This document shows, in pieces, positions 35,309 to 46,668 of a stretch of 50,395 nt of DNA. The DNA is from Chloroflexota bacterium (GTDB lineage: Bacteria > Chloroflexota > Anaerolineae > Anaerolineales > UBA11858). How positions within the stretch are numbered: the stretch's first letter is position 1; every line of letters begins with the position of its first letter. The DNA lies in contig JAUWEC010000002.1 of the NCBI GenBank assembly GCA_030608465.1, positions 1 to 50,395 of the forward strand, in the 5' to 3' direction. Position numbers and translations under genes: made by a program. Under the pieces are notes generated by a model. It saw only the letters and a program-made list of their open reading frames with translations, did not search any database and was not told the origin of the DNA.

Positions 35309-36559
35309 ATGAATCAATCCAAGGAATATGAAGTTACCCCCACTGTACATGTGTATGGTGGAGAAACCCTCGCCCGACTTCCTGATGGTCGGGCAGTTTT
35401 TATCCCCTATGCCCTTCCAGATGAAAGAATCCGGATCAGGCTGATAGAGGAAAAAGAACGTTACGCAAGAGCTGAACTGCTTGAGGTATTATCTACATCT
35501 CCAAGTAGAATTGAGCCTCGCTGTGCACATTTTACCCAATGCGGCGGTTGCCACTATCAGCATTTTCCTTATCAGGAACAGCTACTCATTAAACAAGCTA
35601 TCCTGAAAAATCAACTGGAACGAGTTGGTAAACTCCCCGATCCTCCTGTGAACAGTATGATTCCGTCGCCGACTGCCTGGAATTACCGGAATCGTATTCA
35701 ATTCCATATCTCCGAAGGAGGAAATCCTGGTTATCTAAAGCATCGTTCAAACCAAGTACTTACTATTCAGGAATGCCATTTGCCGGAAGAGAGTCTAAAC
35801 CAAATCTGGCCGGCACTTGACTTGGAATATATACCCGGATTAGACCGTATCAGTCTCTGGTCAGGCGAAGGGGGGCAAGATACAATGATTATTCTGGAAA
35901 GCAGCGACCCCAAACCGATTGAATTTACGGTTGATTTACCGCTATCCGCGGTCCACCAAGGTCCGGGTGGCGAGATAGTGCTCGCAGGAGATGATTTTAC
36001 AATTATTGAGGTCCACGGATTTCCTTTTGTGGTATCTGCGGGATCCTTTTTTCAAGTAAACACTCGCGTGGCCGAATTGATAGTGGATTTTCTTCTGGAT
36101 ATCCTGCCTTTAGCGGAACATGCTGTTCTGCTGGATGTCTATTGCGGTGTAGGGCTGTTCAGTGTGTTTTTAGCCCCACTAGTAAAAAAAGTGATTGGTA
36201 TTGAATCAAATCCCTCTGCGGCAGCAGATTTCCTCTATAACCTGGCAGGGTTTGACTCTGTTGAACTATATGATGTCCCGGCAGAAGATATTTTGCCTTA
36301 TCTTGAGATCTCTCCCGACATCATCTTGCTTGATCCCCCTAGAGCGGGCATTTCAAAAAAGGTCTTGGATAGCGTGGTTTCCTTACAACCGGATTTGATT
36401 GCCTACATCTCCTGTGATCCGGCGACGCTGGCTCGGGATGTGTCACGATTGCACAATCAGGGGTATCAACTGCAGGGATCAACCCCATTTGATATGTTCC
36501 CGCAGACCTACCATATTGAGAGCGTTAATATATTTCAAAGAACATCTCAGGAAGTGTGA
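35309..36559 (+). CDS. 23S rRNA (uracil-5-)-methyltransferase, RumA/TrmA family
   Basis: TRAM-like N-terminus, Fe-S cluster cysteines CAHFTQCGGCHYQH, and a SAM-MTase core ending with catalytic YISCDPATLARD. Confidence 0.85.
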   Translation: MNQSKEYEVTPTVHVYGGETLARLPDGRAVFIPYALPDERIRIRLIEEKERYARAELLEVLSTSPSRIEPRCAHFTQCGGCHYQHFPYQEQLLIKQAILKNQLERVGKLPDPPVNSMIPSPTAWNYRNRIQFHISEGGNPGYLKHRSNQVLTIQECHLPEESLNQIWPALDLEYIPGLDRISLWSGEGGQDTMIILESSDPKPIEFTVDLPLSAVHQGPGGEIVLAGDDFTIIEVHGFPFVVSAGSFFQVNTRVAELIVDFLLDILPLAEHAVLLDVYCGVGLFSVFLAPLVKKVIGIESNPSAAADFLYNLAGFDSVELYDVPAEDILPYLEISPDIILLDPPRAGISKKVLDSVVSLQPDLIAYISCDPATLARDVSRLHNQGYQLQGSTPFDMFPQTYHIESVNIFQRTSQEV

Positions 36560-36570
36560 TTTTCTGCACT

Positions 36571-36598
36571 TTGACTGTTTTTGAGATTAGTGTAAAAT
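36571..36598 (+). promoter_or_regulatory. Candidate sigma-70 promoter with no protein gene immediately downstream
   Basis: TTGACT (36571-36576), 16-nt spacer, TAAAAT (36593-36598). It starts 12 nt after the rumA-family stop. Confidence 0.5.
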
Positions 36599-36803
36599 GC
36601 AGGTACAGAACTGTATATAAGGACAATATCTAACTGATTCGAATAGAGGATGCTCTGGAATTTGCCTGGAGATTCTCTTAGGAAACCATTTGATGGTGTT
36701 AACCGGACTTTTTGCTCTTTGTCCATTCCAGCGGCTTGATCTTCTTACCAGGTTGCTGGCTATTATTCAGTTGTTATTATCCGATACCTGAAAATGGTAC
36801 CAG

Positions 36804-36842
36804 GCCTGTTTCGACAGAAAAAAATCGAAACGGGCTTTTTTT
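36804..36842 (+). terminator. Rho-independent terminator
   Basis: GCCTGTTTCGA (36804-36814) pairs with TCGAAACGGGC (36825-36835) with one G-U pair. The loop is 10 nt and a T7 tract follows (36836-36842). It lies 81 nt upstream of the aminotransferase ATG. Confidence 0.65.
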
Positions 36843-36923
36843 ATCACTATATTTGTACTATTATAATATTCCACTAGTATTCACAGAAACACCCTTTTTG
36901 ATAGGTTTAATGGGAGGGAAAAT

Positions 36924-38177
36924 ATGGAAGTAAATCATGACTTGAATCGCGAAATCCCCGTATTGGATTGGGAATCGCACCTTGCCGAACGAACCAAAGG
37001 TATGAAGAGCTCAGCCATACGGGAATTACTAAAACTTACTCAAAACCCTGACATTATTTCATTTGGTGGCGGATTACCAGCCCCAGAGCTATTTCCCACG
37101 CGAGAAATAGAAGAAGCATGTATCTATGTTGCTCGGGAACAGGGAAGAAAAGCTCTCCAATACAGCGCTACAGAGGGGTATTATCCATTGAAAGAATACC
37201 TGGCGGAGTCCATGCACAAATATGGTATTCCTGCTACTCCGGAAAATGTATTGTTAACCAATGGGTCTCAGCAAGCCCTGGATTTGATTGGCAGGATATT
37301 CATTGACCCGGGAAGATACGTATTGACCGGGCGTCCCACGTATTTGGGCGCAATACAAGCTTGGCGGGCTTACCAGGGGAAATTTCATACCATGCGCTTG
37401 GACGAACAAGGTATGGTAGTTGATGAGATTGAACGTGCATATCACAAAGTGGTGGAGGACAGCGGAAGCCCGCCGGCTTTTATTTACGTTCTGCCCAATT
37501 TCCATAATCCGGCCGGTACAACTTTACCATTGGAACGTCGAATTAAATTGGCCGAGATTGCCACCAAACTTGATTTGGCTGTTGTGGAAGATGACCCTTA
37601 TGGGCAACTACGTTTTGAAGGTGAGTATATTACCCCCATTTGTAATCTGATCCCGGAGCGTACAATTTACCTTGGTACTTTCTCAAAGACTATGGCACCG
37701 GGTTTGCGATTGGGCTGGATAGTGTGCTCAGAGGCACTCATGAAGAGGTTTATCCAAGCCAAGCAGGGCTGCGATTTGCATACCGGTACCTTTGTCCAGT
37801 ATGTCGCGAATGATATCTGCCAGCGGGGTTTCCTGAAACCGCATATTAAGAACATACGTAAGGCATATAAAGAGCGAAGGGATACCATGGTGGATGCCCT
37901 GACTGAATTTTGGCCTGAAGAGTGTAAATGGACAGATCCGGAAGGCGGATTGTTCCTCTGGGCCAGGGTGCCCGAATCCATTGATACCAATGTGTTTCTC
38001 AAAGAAACAGCGCTAAAAGAAAAGGTAGCTTATGTTCCTGGAGTCCACTTTTACCCTAATACAGATGGCGGACATCACGCTATGAGGTTGAACTTTTCAT
38101 ATTCTCAGCCAGAAGTGATCGTTGAGGGTATTAAACGGTTGGGCATGGCATTAAAAAAGGAACTTGCCGGGAAGTAA
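36924..38177 (+). CDS. PLP-dependent aminotransferase, class I/II (LysN/ARO8-like)
   Basis: 417 aa. MKSSAIRELLKL...ISFGGGLPAPELFP N-terminus and PLP-lysine region GTFSKTMAPGLRLGWIV. Confidence 0.8.
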   Translation: MEVNHDLNREIPVLDWESHLAERTKGMKSSAIRELLKLTQNPDIISFGGGLPAPELFPTREIEEACIYVAREQGRKALQYSATEGYYPLKEYLAESMHKYGIPATPENVLLTNGSQQALDLIGRIFIDPGRYVLTGRPTYLGAIQAWRAYQGKFHTMRLDEQGMVVDEIERAYHKVVEDSGSPPAFIYVLPNFHNPAGTTLPLERRIKLAEIATKLDLAVVEDDPYGQLRFEGEYITPICNLIPERTIYLGTFSKTMAPGLRLGWIVCSEALMKRFIQAKQGCDLHTGTFVQYVANDICQRGFLKPHIKNIRKAYKERRDTMVDALTEFWPEECKWTDPEGGLFLWARVPESIDTNVFLKETALKEKVAYVPGVHFYPNTDGGHHAMRLNFSYSQPEVIVEGIKRLGMALKKELAGK

Positions 38178-38381
38178 AGACAAAGAATTATTTCAGAAGG
38201 AGGTTGGTTTCATTCTTACTAAATAATACTGACGATTGTCATATATATGAATTCCCTGAACACCAGAACGTCTCAGGGCTCGTATGATATAAAAACTGTT
38301 CCGAGAGTCAAGTTCCGATCCATGTAAGGCATATGGACCTGCTGCCGGAAAAATAGAGAGCAATGTGTATCGAGGAGGTAA

Positions 38382-39740
<1,359 letters not shown>

Positions 39741-39766
39741 GTTTCCGATCAGAAAAATAAAAATAA

Positions 39767-39803
39767 AACCGCCAGCTGCTATTCAGAGCTGGCGGTTTAT
39801 TTG
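39767..39803. terminator. Hairpin terminator between convergent gdhA and the deoxynucleoside kinase gene
   Basis: AACCGCCAGCT (39767-39777) pairs perfectly with AGCTGGCGGTT (39787-39797). An A-rich tract lies 5' and TATTTG lies 3', so it is usable in both directions. Confidence 0.7.
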
Positions 39804-39845
39804 TAAAACAGAAAATTCTCACCTGCGAAAACAAGAAAACTGAAT

Positions 39846-40502
39846 TTACCGCGCCAACACCTCGCTTTTGGTAAACACTACAACTTCCTTCCCCATTAAT
39901 TTCTCCTGCACTTTTTCGATGATCAGATTAAGATGACCATTATTAGCGACAAAATCCAGATCATCACCGGGGATAGTTAGAACGGGACATAAATTGAAAT
40001 CCTCAATCCATTGTTCATACAGTAGATTCAACTGTTCAAGATAAGCGGGATCGATTTGTTCTTCATAATCTCTGCCGCGCTGCTTTATGCGTTGTTGCAG
40101 GGTTGGCACTGATGCCCGGATATACAACACAAGATCCGGGGGAGGTAAAAATTCTACCAGGGCTTGGTAGAGCTCCCGATAGGTCTGATAATCTCTTTCT
40201 CCTATTTGCTGTTGTTTGTATAGATTGTGGGCAAATATTTCAGCATCTTCATAAACACTGCGGTCCTGGATGACGGATCCGGGATGAGTACAGAGATTTT
40301 TATGAGCCCGGAGACGCCTGGTCAGGAAAAAGACCTGACTGTGGAAAGCCCAGGTATGCATGTCCTGATAAAAGTCTGCCAGGTAGGGATTTTCTCTTTC
40401 TGGTTCAAAAAAAGGTGTCCAATCGAGATTGTCACATAGCTTTTGCACTAAGGTGGTTTTGCCCACACCGATGTTTCCAGCGACCGCGACAAATTTTTCC
40501 AT
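39846..40502 (-). CDS. Deoxynucleoside kinase (dAK/dGK family)
   Basis: 218 aa. P-loop VAVAGNIGVGKTTL, FFEPERENPYLADFY and the DRSVYEDAEIF motif. Confidence 0.85.
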   Translation of the reverse strand: MEKFVAVAGNIGVGKTTLVQKLCDNLDWTPFFEPERENPYLADFYQDMHTWAFHSQVFFLTRRLRAHKNLCTHPGSVIQDRSVYEDAEIFAHNLYKQQQIGERDYQTYRELYQALVEFLPPPDLVLYIRASVPTLQQRIKQRGRDYEEQIDPAYLEQLNLLYEQWIEDFNLCPVLTIPGDDLDFVANNGHLNLIIEKVQEKLMGKEVVVFTKSEVLAR

Positions 40503-40624
40503 AATCTCTCCCGTAAACCGTTAAATTAAATCCTCGATTTTATTATGCTGTCGTGTTTATTATTCAGATTTGATATCTGTTTGATGATGTTTGGCCCAAG
40601 TGAATTGCCATCTTTGTTTAGGAA

Positions 40625-40660
40625 AACAATAAAAGCCCGGTTTCGTTACCGGAAACCGGG
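40625..40660 (-). terminator. Rho-independent terminator downstream of dnaN
   Basis: CCCGGTTTC (40636-40644) pairs with GAAACCGGG (40652-40660). On the minus strand the hairpin is followed by CTTTTATTGTTTTCC. It lies 45 nt after the dnaN stop. Confidence 0.6.
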
Positions 40661-40704
40661 AAGTCCGTCAATTGTATCAATCAATATAATATTTAATGTG
40701 ATTC

Positions 40705-41841
40705 TCAGTTGCCCAGGTGCATTGGCATGATGACATGAAGGAAGTCATCATTACCAACCGGACGAATTACTCCGGGACTGGTGGATTTTGAGGTTTCAAG
40801 CGCAACATTCGGGGTTTGAATCACATCAAGCACTTCCCGGAGATAGCGGACATTAAAGGCGATAATGATATCATTGCCCTCGATCGTGGCATCCATAATA
40901 GACTGGCTGGAACCGGTCTCCTCAGACTGACCAGAAATTTCCACCTCACCAGGTGAATTCTCTTCTGCTCCGGGCCGGATATTAACCTGCGCGATTAAAG
41001 AACCTTCCCGGGCAAAAATTTCCGCTTGCTTGCATGATTTCAGGAAAGAGGGAGTTGATAAGATAGTCCGGGTCAGGTATTCCTTGGGAATGATTTGCTG
41101 GTAGTCAGGGAATGTTCCTTCAATCAGTTGCGAGACGAGTTCAATATTCTTGGTACGGAAGACCACCTGTCCTCGGTCAGGGGGTAGGACCATGGTGATG
41201 ACTTCGCTACCGTCATTGCTGATACGGGCTAATTCACTGAGGGCCCTGGAGGGAATGACAGCTTTCACCGGTTGCTGAACTGACGAGGATAATTTTGCGG
41301 TCTTGACAGATAATCGGAAACCGTCGGCCGCTGCGAGTGTCATTGTGTTGTCCTCCACGGTGACGAGAACCCCGGTCAGGATGGGTCGGGCCTCATCATG
41401 GGAAGCGGCAAAAACAACCTGCTTGATCATTTCCTTAAAATCAGTGACATTAATTTCTATACCGGATTGCAACTCGGGTGACGGCATGGGCGGGAATTCC
41501 TGCGCGTCAATACACTTGATATCCGTATTGAGGGAGCCACTTTTAATATTTAATGTCTGGGTGGGCTCATGAAGCGTTATGTCGGTTTTTGCAGGGGGGA
41601 TTGTGCTGACCAGGTCTGTAAAAGTCCGGGCTGGAACAGTGGTGGATCCTTCCTCTTCAATTTTTGCGCCTATCCAGCAGGTAATTCCTAATTCAAGATT
41701 GGTAGCTGAGAGCCGTAGACGACCGTCATCTGTTGCGACGAGAATATTGGAAAGAACTGGAAGTGTGCTGCGGGGAGAGACAGCCCGGGATACAATGCTC
41801 AGACCGTGAGCGAGGTTTTCTTGCAGGACAGAGATCTTCAT
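40705..41841 (-). CDS. dnaN: DNA polymerase III beta sliding clamp
   Basis: MKISVLQENLAHGLSIVSRAV..RSTLPVLSNILV N-terminus and three-domain length. Start set at ATG 41841, with AGGAAA 8 nt upstream; the track start is 41901. Confidence 0.9.
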   Translation of the reverse strand: MKISVLQENLAHGLSIVSRAVSPRSTLPVLSNILVATDDGRLRLSATNLELGITCWIGAKIEEEGSTTVPARTFTDLVSTIPPAKTDITLHEPTQTLNIKSGSLNTDIKCIDAQEFPPMPSPELQSGIEINVTDFKEMIKQVVFAASHDEARPILTGVLVTVEDNTMTLAAADGFRLSVKTAKLSSSVQQPVKAVIPSRALSELARISNDGSEVITMVLPPDRGQVVFRTKNIELVSQLIEGTFPDYQQIIPKEYLTRTILSTPSFLKSCKQAEIFAREGSLIAQVNIRPGAEENSPGEVEISGQSEETGSSQSIMDATIEGNDIIIAFNVRYLREVLDVIQTPNVALETSKSTSPGVIRPVGNDDFLHVIMPMHLGN

Positions 41842-42077
41842 AAATAATTTCCTATTATGGCATTGCGGCGTCGGCTGGGTAAACTTACAGTAAGTATACA
41901 ATGAGAGCCATTTTTTTACTAGCTCAAAAACCCTACTGCAAAGCAGGTTGAATTCGTAGTGACAGGATCTTAGTCAGGGAGATTATGTTTGCTAACTTAG
42001 TCAGCAGTTCAGGATTAATTGACAGCTTCTCTCAGCCGTGTTATTATTCCCCATACAACAACAGATGCCTTTAAAGG

Positions 42078-42242
42078 CACTCTTATCCAGAGAGGTGGAG
42101 GGAACGGCCCTTTGAAACCTCGGCAACCGGGCAGTGCAAGGCGCTGCAGATGGTGCCAACTCCGGCAGGCGGAATCTGGAAGATGAGAGGGCAATGCTGA
42201 GTTTGTGCCCTTTCTTGCAGGTCAGAAAGGGCATTTATATTT
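42078..42242 (+). promoter_or_regulatory. SAM-I (S-box) riboswitch with terminator expression platform
   Basis: Matches the S-box core: CTCTTATCCAGAGAGGTGGAGGGAACGGCCCTTTGAAACCTCGGCAACC...GGTGCCAACTCCGGCAG...AGATGAGAG (42080-42189). A hairpin follows, TGCCCTTTC (42206-42214) with GAAAGGGCA (42225-42233), then TTTATATTT. It lies directly upstream of metK. Confidence 0.9.
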
Positions 42243-42271
42243 AAGGAACAAAAGCAAAATAGAGAGGGTAT

Positions 42272-43483
42272 ATGAACAGTTCACTGAATAACGTGCCGAG
42301 TTTATTATTTACATCTGAGTCCGTTACCGAAGGTCACCCGGATAAGATGTGCGACCAGATCAGCGATGCGGTCCTGGATGCCTGCTTAGCCCAGGATCCC
42401 AGATCTCGCGTTGCCTGTGAAACGGCGACAAAAACTGGTTATGTGATGCTGCTGGGAGAAATTACTACTACAGCAGCTATCAATTATGACAAATTAGCAC
42501 GAGATGTAATCACCGGCATTGGGTATGACCGGGCAAAAAAAGGCTTTGATGGTAAAACCTGTGGAGTCCTGGTAGCAATTTCCCAACAGTCAAGCGATAT
42601 TGCTCTTGGTGTGGACCAGGCCCTGGAGTCAAGAAGCGGGGAAGTGACAGAAGCTGAAATTGAAACCATCGGCGCAGGTGATCAGGGCATGATGTTTGGT
42701 TATGCCTGTGATGAAAACCCAATATTGATGCCAACACCGATTTACCTGGCTCATAAGCTGTCCCGCAAGCTGGCGGAAGTACGCAAAAACGGCACCCTGG
42801 ACTGGGTCAGACCTGATGGAAAAAGCCAGGTTACGATTGAGTACCAGTACGGAAAACCGATTTGGGTAAACACGGTGTTAATCAGCACCCAGCATGCGCC
42901 TGAGATTTCGCAAGAAGATATCCGGGAAGCCATCATCAAATATGTGATTCAGCCGGTCCTGCCGGAAGAGATGGTGGACGATAAAATAAAAATCTTAGTT
43001 AACCCAACCGGCCGATTCGTTACCGGAGGACCGATGGGAGATGCAGGATTAACCGGCCGGAAGATCATAGTTGACACTTACGGTGGTATGGGACGTCATG
43101 GTGGAGGAGCTTTCTCTGGAAAGGATCCAACCAAAGTTGACCGATCGGGTGCCTATGCAGCCCGCTGGGTAGCCAAGAACGTTGTCGCTGCCGGCCTGGC
43201 CAGCCGCTGTGAAATTCAGGTTTCTTACGCCATTGGTGTTGCCCACCCGTTGAGCGTCAACGTTGAAACCTTTGGAACAGGCAATGTGCCTGATGAAAAG
43301 ATCAGCCAATTGGTCAATGAGTATTTTGATCTTCGGCCAGGCGCAATTATCCGGGATTTGGATCTGAGGCGTCCAATTTATCAACAGCTGTCTGCCTATG
43401 GCCATTTTGGCCGTGATGATCTAGAATTAACTTGGGAAAGTACCGACCGGGCAGATGAAATACGCAAAGCCGCGGGATTGTAG
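42272..43483 (+). CDS. metK: S-adenosylmethionine synthetase
   Basis: 403 aa. [37 protein letters not shown] and [16 protein letters not shown] signatures. Confidence 0.95.
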   Translation: MNSSLNNVPSLLFTSESVTEGHPDKMCDQISDAVLDACLAQDPRSRVACETATKTGYVMLLGEITTTAAINYDKLARDVITGIGYDRAKKGFDGKTCGVLVAISQQSSDIALGVDQALESRSGEVTEAEIETIGAGDQGMMFGYACDENPILMPTPIYLAHKLSRKLAEVRKNGTLDWVRPDGKSQVTIEYQYGKPIWVNTVLISTQHAPEISQEDIREAIIKYVIQPVLPEEMVDDKIKILVNPTGRFVTGGPMGDAGLTGRKIIVDTYGGMGRHGGGAFSGKDPTKVDRSGAYAARWVAKNVVAAGLASRCEIQVSYAIGVAHPLSVNVETFGTGNVPDEKISQLVNEYFDLRPGAIIRDLDLRRPIYQQLSAYGHFGRDDLELTWESTDRADEIRKAAGL

Positions 43484-43554
43484 ATTGAGGGGTTGTCGTT
43501 AAACTAAATAGACCCCCGAAATCTTTAATAACCTCGAAGGTCTCATGATTTTTA

Positions 43555-43592
43555 GGCTCCGGAAACCGTAAAAGGTTCCGGGGCCTTATTTT
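43555..43592 (+). terminator. Rho-independent terminator of metK
   Basis: GGCTCCGGAAACC (43555-43567) pairs with GGTTCCGGGGCC (43574-43585) with one G-U pair and one bulge. TTATTTTA follows. Confidence 0.6.
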
Positions 43593-43914
43593 ATAGATAG
43601 GGCTCGAATGTGGTTAATAGCTGTTTCTTGGGTCGGAATCCAGTAATCCGGGCTGCGATTTCGCCATCTTTAAATAAAATTAATGACGGCACTCCCATTA
43701 CACCATATTTTACCGGGGTTTGCTGATTGGTATCAACATCCATTTTATAAATCATGGCTTTGCCCTCCCATTCCTGCGCCAGCTCTGAAACCAGGGGAGA
43801 AAGCATCTTGCAGGGACCGCACCAGGTTGCCGTGAAGTCAACCAGGACGGGTAAATCCGATTTCAAAACATCCGATTCAAAAGTTTCTTCTGTTACATAA
43901 TTCATTTCTTCCAT
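43591..43914 (-). CDS. trxA: Thioredoxin
   Basis: 107 aa. Active site WCGPCK and GVMGVPSLILFKDGE. Confidence 0.9.
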   Translation of the reverse strand: MEEMNYVTEETFESDVLKSDLPVLVDFTATWCGPCKMLSPLVSELAQEWEGKAMIYKMDVDTNQQTPVKYGVMGVPSLILFKDGEIAARITGFRPKKQLLTTFEPYL

Positions 43915-44029
43915 TCCGTTCTCCTATCATGTGGTATTACCAATAATTCTTCTTTCCCGGTAATCCACTTGGTTCTTTTTACAGGGTGGATTAGCCCGGG
44001 TATTATATAGAGTCGGTGTCAGGAGAAAA

Positions 44030-46606
44030 TTATACCAAAGTCACCAGGGAACCCTGGGGAGTCTTTTCCACAAATAGCTGGGTTGAAAAGGCTTCTTTGA
44101 TCTGCTCTATGTGCGTGATGACCAGGATTTTTTCGAAATCACCCCGGATCAGGTTAATTGCTTCAATAAGTCGCTGCCTGCCGATGGAATCCTGACTGCC
44201 AAATCCCTCATCGATTACCAGGGTCTGGAGCCTGGCGCCAGCCCGCTGCGCTAATACATGGGACAATGCCAGCCGGACAGCAAAATTGATCCGGAAGGAT
44301 TCGCCGCCGGAATACATCTCGTAATCCCGGAAACCGGACTGGTCCCGGATTTGGATGTCGAGAGTTTCCTTGAGGTCTTCCCGGCCGGAATCTTTATACG
44401 ATCTCTGGGTGAGAAATCGGATTGACATGGTTCCGCCACTCAATCGCTCTAATATCTGATTTGATTTGGCTTCAATGTTGGGAAGTGCCTGTTCTATTAG
44501 CAAGGCAGGAACCCCGTCTTTGCCGAAAGCTGCTTCCAATTGTTTATATTGTTTCACCTGACTGCTGATTTCCTGGCGTTCCCCTTCCAGCTCATTTTTG
44601 CGCAATTTTTGTTTCCCAAGAACTGAAACCTTTTGCTGGGCTGCGCCGACTTGTCGCTGGAGAATGTTTTCTTTCTCTTTGAGCTCAAGTAGATTATTTT
44701 CTGCTTGCTTCGTATCCGGGGCTTTCCCTTCTGCTGTTTCGAGGACTTGACGGCTGCGGTCAAGTTCGGAAGTTTGCTTTTTAAGGTCTGTCTTATCAGA
44801 AGCCAACACAGCAGTTATATCTTTGATTTCCCTTTCAAGCGGTTTTAAAGCTGACTGGGCACTATCCAGAGCCCTTTTTCTTTCCTGGATAACAGGGCTC
44901 TGCATAACAATTTCACGCACTCGGTCATGCTCGGCAGCGTCATAACCGATTTTTTTCAGTTCGGCGTTGATATCGGTAAGCAGCTGGCGGGATTCTTCCG
45001 CGTAGGAATTATTGTCCAGTGTCTGTTGAATATCCTCCATCTTTTTCCTCTGCTGTGAATCCCAAGATTGTTTTCGCCCGTTTAATTGAGTGATTTGGTT
45101 TGCGGTTTTGTCCGTTCCCTGAATCAGATTCCGCAGCTTATTTTCTACCAAACTGAATTCAGTGATTTGCAGCTGCAGATCTTTCACCACCTGAGCTGCT
45201 TTTTTTAGAGTGGTTTTATTTTCTCGGAAGCGATCCCCTAAATCTTTACCTTCTGCTTTGAGAGAATAAATGAGAGATTCTCTATCTTCGAGTGAGAGCG
45301 CCTGTCCACATAAAGGACAGAGTGCCCCCTCGGTTTCTTCCAGCTCATCAATCCGCTTTTCCAGTTCCTTCATTTCCTGATATAAGCGGGGGTTTTCAGC
45401 TTTTGCATCGGCCTGTTGTTGACGGGCCTGGTCCAATTCTTTTTTCTTTTGATCCCGATTTTCCAGCTCCTCTTCTGCCTGTTTGACTTTATCTTTTTGT
45501 TCAGCCAACACATCCGTTAAAGCTGGAATATCATCTAATGAGCTTCGCAGCTCCTTGTATTGGGCTTCCAGCGAAGTTCGTTCCTGCAGCAAACGGGCTT
45601 TTTCAGCAGTGATTTGGAGCAAAGGTTCCTGCCTTTTGTTTTCCTGCTCCCGGAATTTTTCTGCCGTTTTTTCCCAGTCAGATAATGCGTCCTGCGCTTT
45701 TTTCCAATCCTCGTTTTCCTTATTGATACTTTCAGCCTGGGACATAATATCCTGGTAGCTTTTTCTTTCCGCTTCCCTCTCGGCGAGTTTTTCCTGAGTT
45801 TGTGTCACTCGTTCAGTAATTTTTTTTGTTTGTTGGGTTAATGTGTCTACCAATCTGCGCTGTTCTTTTAAAACAGAATAAATGGACTGCATTTCTTCCA
45901 GCTGCTTTTCACCAACTATTCTTACCTCGTGTGCCCGGGACAAATCCTTTTCAAGGGAAAGAAGGTGGTCTTTCCTCTGACCCTCTTCCTCTAATTCACT
46001 GAGGATTTCCGCGATACGGCCATCCAGCGTATCAATTTTTGATTCAGCGTTTTTTCGTTTCTGGGCTGCCTGTTTCCGGTAATTTTCCCAGATCTCCAAC
46101 CCCAGGATCTGCGAGAGAATCCTTTTTCTGGTAGACGGATTTTGTTGGGTAAATTGGTCTGCTTCACCCTGGAGCAGAAAAGATGCATTAATAAAAGATT
46201 CGTAATCAAGCCGCAGAATATCCACAATTTCCTGGTCAGTCTCTCTCAGGGTACGTTCGGTTAATGGCTGCCAGATTGGATCGTCTGCGTTCTTGCCATT
46301 CTTCTGCTGAATGTGAAACTCTACGAATTTAGTCTCACCTCTGGGATTGCTCCGAATAATCCGGTATTGGTTACCCTCGTAATGAAAAATGAAGGTTACT
46401 TCTGCCCGGTGGGATTCCAGGTTAATTACGGATTCATCGTGTTTTCTGGCTCTTCCGAATAGGGCCCAGGTGATTGCATCCAGGATGGAGGATTTCCCAG
46501 CCCCATTCTCTCCGGAAATGCAGGCCAATTTGAAGCTGGTGAAATCAATCTCTACCGGTTCTTTGTAGGATAAAAACCCAGTTATGGACAATGAGATAGG
46601 AATCAT
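44030..46606 (-). CDS. sbcC: SbcC/Rad50-family ATPase with zinc hook
   Basis: N-terminal Walker A GENGAGKSS, long heptad-rich coiled coil, central CPLCGQ hook, signature LSGGESF and Walker B LVIDEGFGSQD. Start set at ATG 46606 (MIPISLSITGFLSY); the track TTG start is 46645. Confidence 0.85.
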   Translation of the reverse strand: MIPISLSITGFLSYKEPVEIDFTSFKLACISGENGAGKSSILDAITWALFGRARKHDESVINLESHRAEVTFIFHYEGNQYRIIRSNPRGETKFVEFHIQQKNGKNADDPIWQPLTERTLRETDQEIVDILRLDYESFINASFLLQGEADQFTQQNPSTRKRILSQILGLEIWENYRKQAAQKRKNAESKIDTLDGRIAEILSELEEEGQRKDHLLSLEKDLSRAHEVRIVGEKQLEEMQSIYSVLKEQRRLVDTLTQQTKKITERVTQTQEKLAEREAERKSYQDIMSQAESINKENEDWKKAQDALSDWEKTAEKFREQENKRQEPLLQITAEKARLLQERTSLEAQYKELRSSLDDIPALTDVLAEQKDKVKQAEEELENRDQKKKELDQARQQQADAKAENPRLYQEMKELEKRIDELEETEGALCPLCGQALSLEDRESLIYSLKAEGKDLGDRFRENKTTLKKAAQVVKDLQLQITEFSLVENKLRNLIQGTDKTANQITQLNGRKQSWDSQQRKKMEDIQQTLDNNSYAEESRQLLTDINAELKKIGYDAAEHDRVREIVMQSPVIQERKRALDSAQSALKPLEREIKDITAVLASDKTDLKKQTSELDRSRQVLETAEGKAPDTKQAENNLLELKEKENILQRQVGAAQQKVSVLGKQKLRKNELEGERQEISSQVKQYKQLEAAFGKDGVPALLIEQALPNIEAKSNQILERLSGGTMSIRFLTQRSYKDSGREDLKETLDIQIRDQSGFRDYEMYSGGESFRINFAVRLALSHVLAQRAGARLQTLVIDEGFGSQDSIGRQRLIEAINLIRGDFEKILVITHIEQIKEAFSTQLFVEKTPQGSLVTLV

Positions 46607-46668
46607 GTTACCAATGATAACAGATCGAAATAAGATTCCCCCCAAGTTTGGAATGACGCGTTCTCTGA

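Noticed and set aside
36790-36842. Possible T-box riboswitch, because of TGGTACC just 5' of the terminator
   Set aside because: TGGTACC abuts the terminator 5' arm with no room for an antiterminator 3' strand. I could find no Stem I, specifier loop, AG-bulge or F-box features. The resemblance is limited to 7 nt.
36712-36933. 73-aa TTG-initiated ORF upstream of the aminotransferase
   Set aside because: It reads straight through a strong intrinsic terminator and a T7 tract and overlaps the aminotransferase start. It has no RBS and is very unlikely to be translated.
42001-42234. 77-aa minus-strand ORF upstream of metK
   Set aside because: It lies exactly antisense to a textbook SAM-I riboswitch and its terminator. 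The RNA element explains the region.
45292-45758. Plus-strand ORFs (64 aa and 91 aa), and several minus-strand off-frame ORFs, inside sbcC
   Set aside because: The Glu/Lys/Gln-rich coiled-coil codon usage of sbcC leaves long stop-free stretches in other frames. These ORFs have no independent support.
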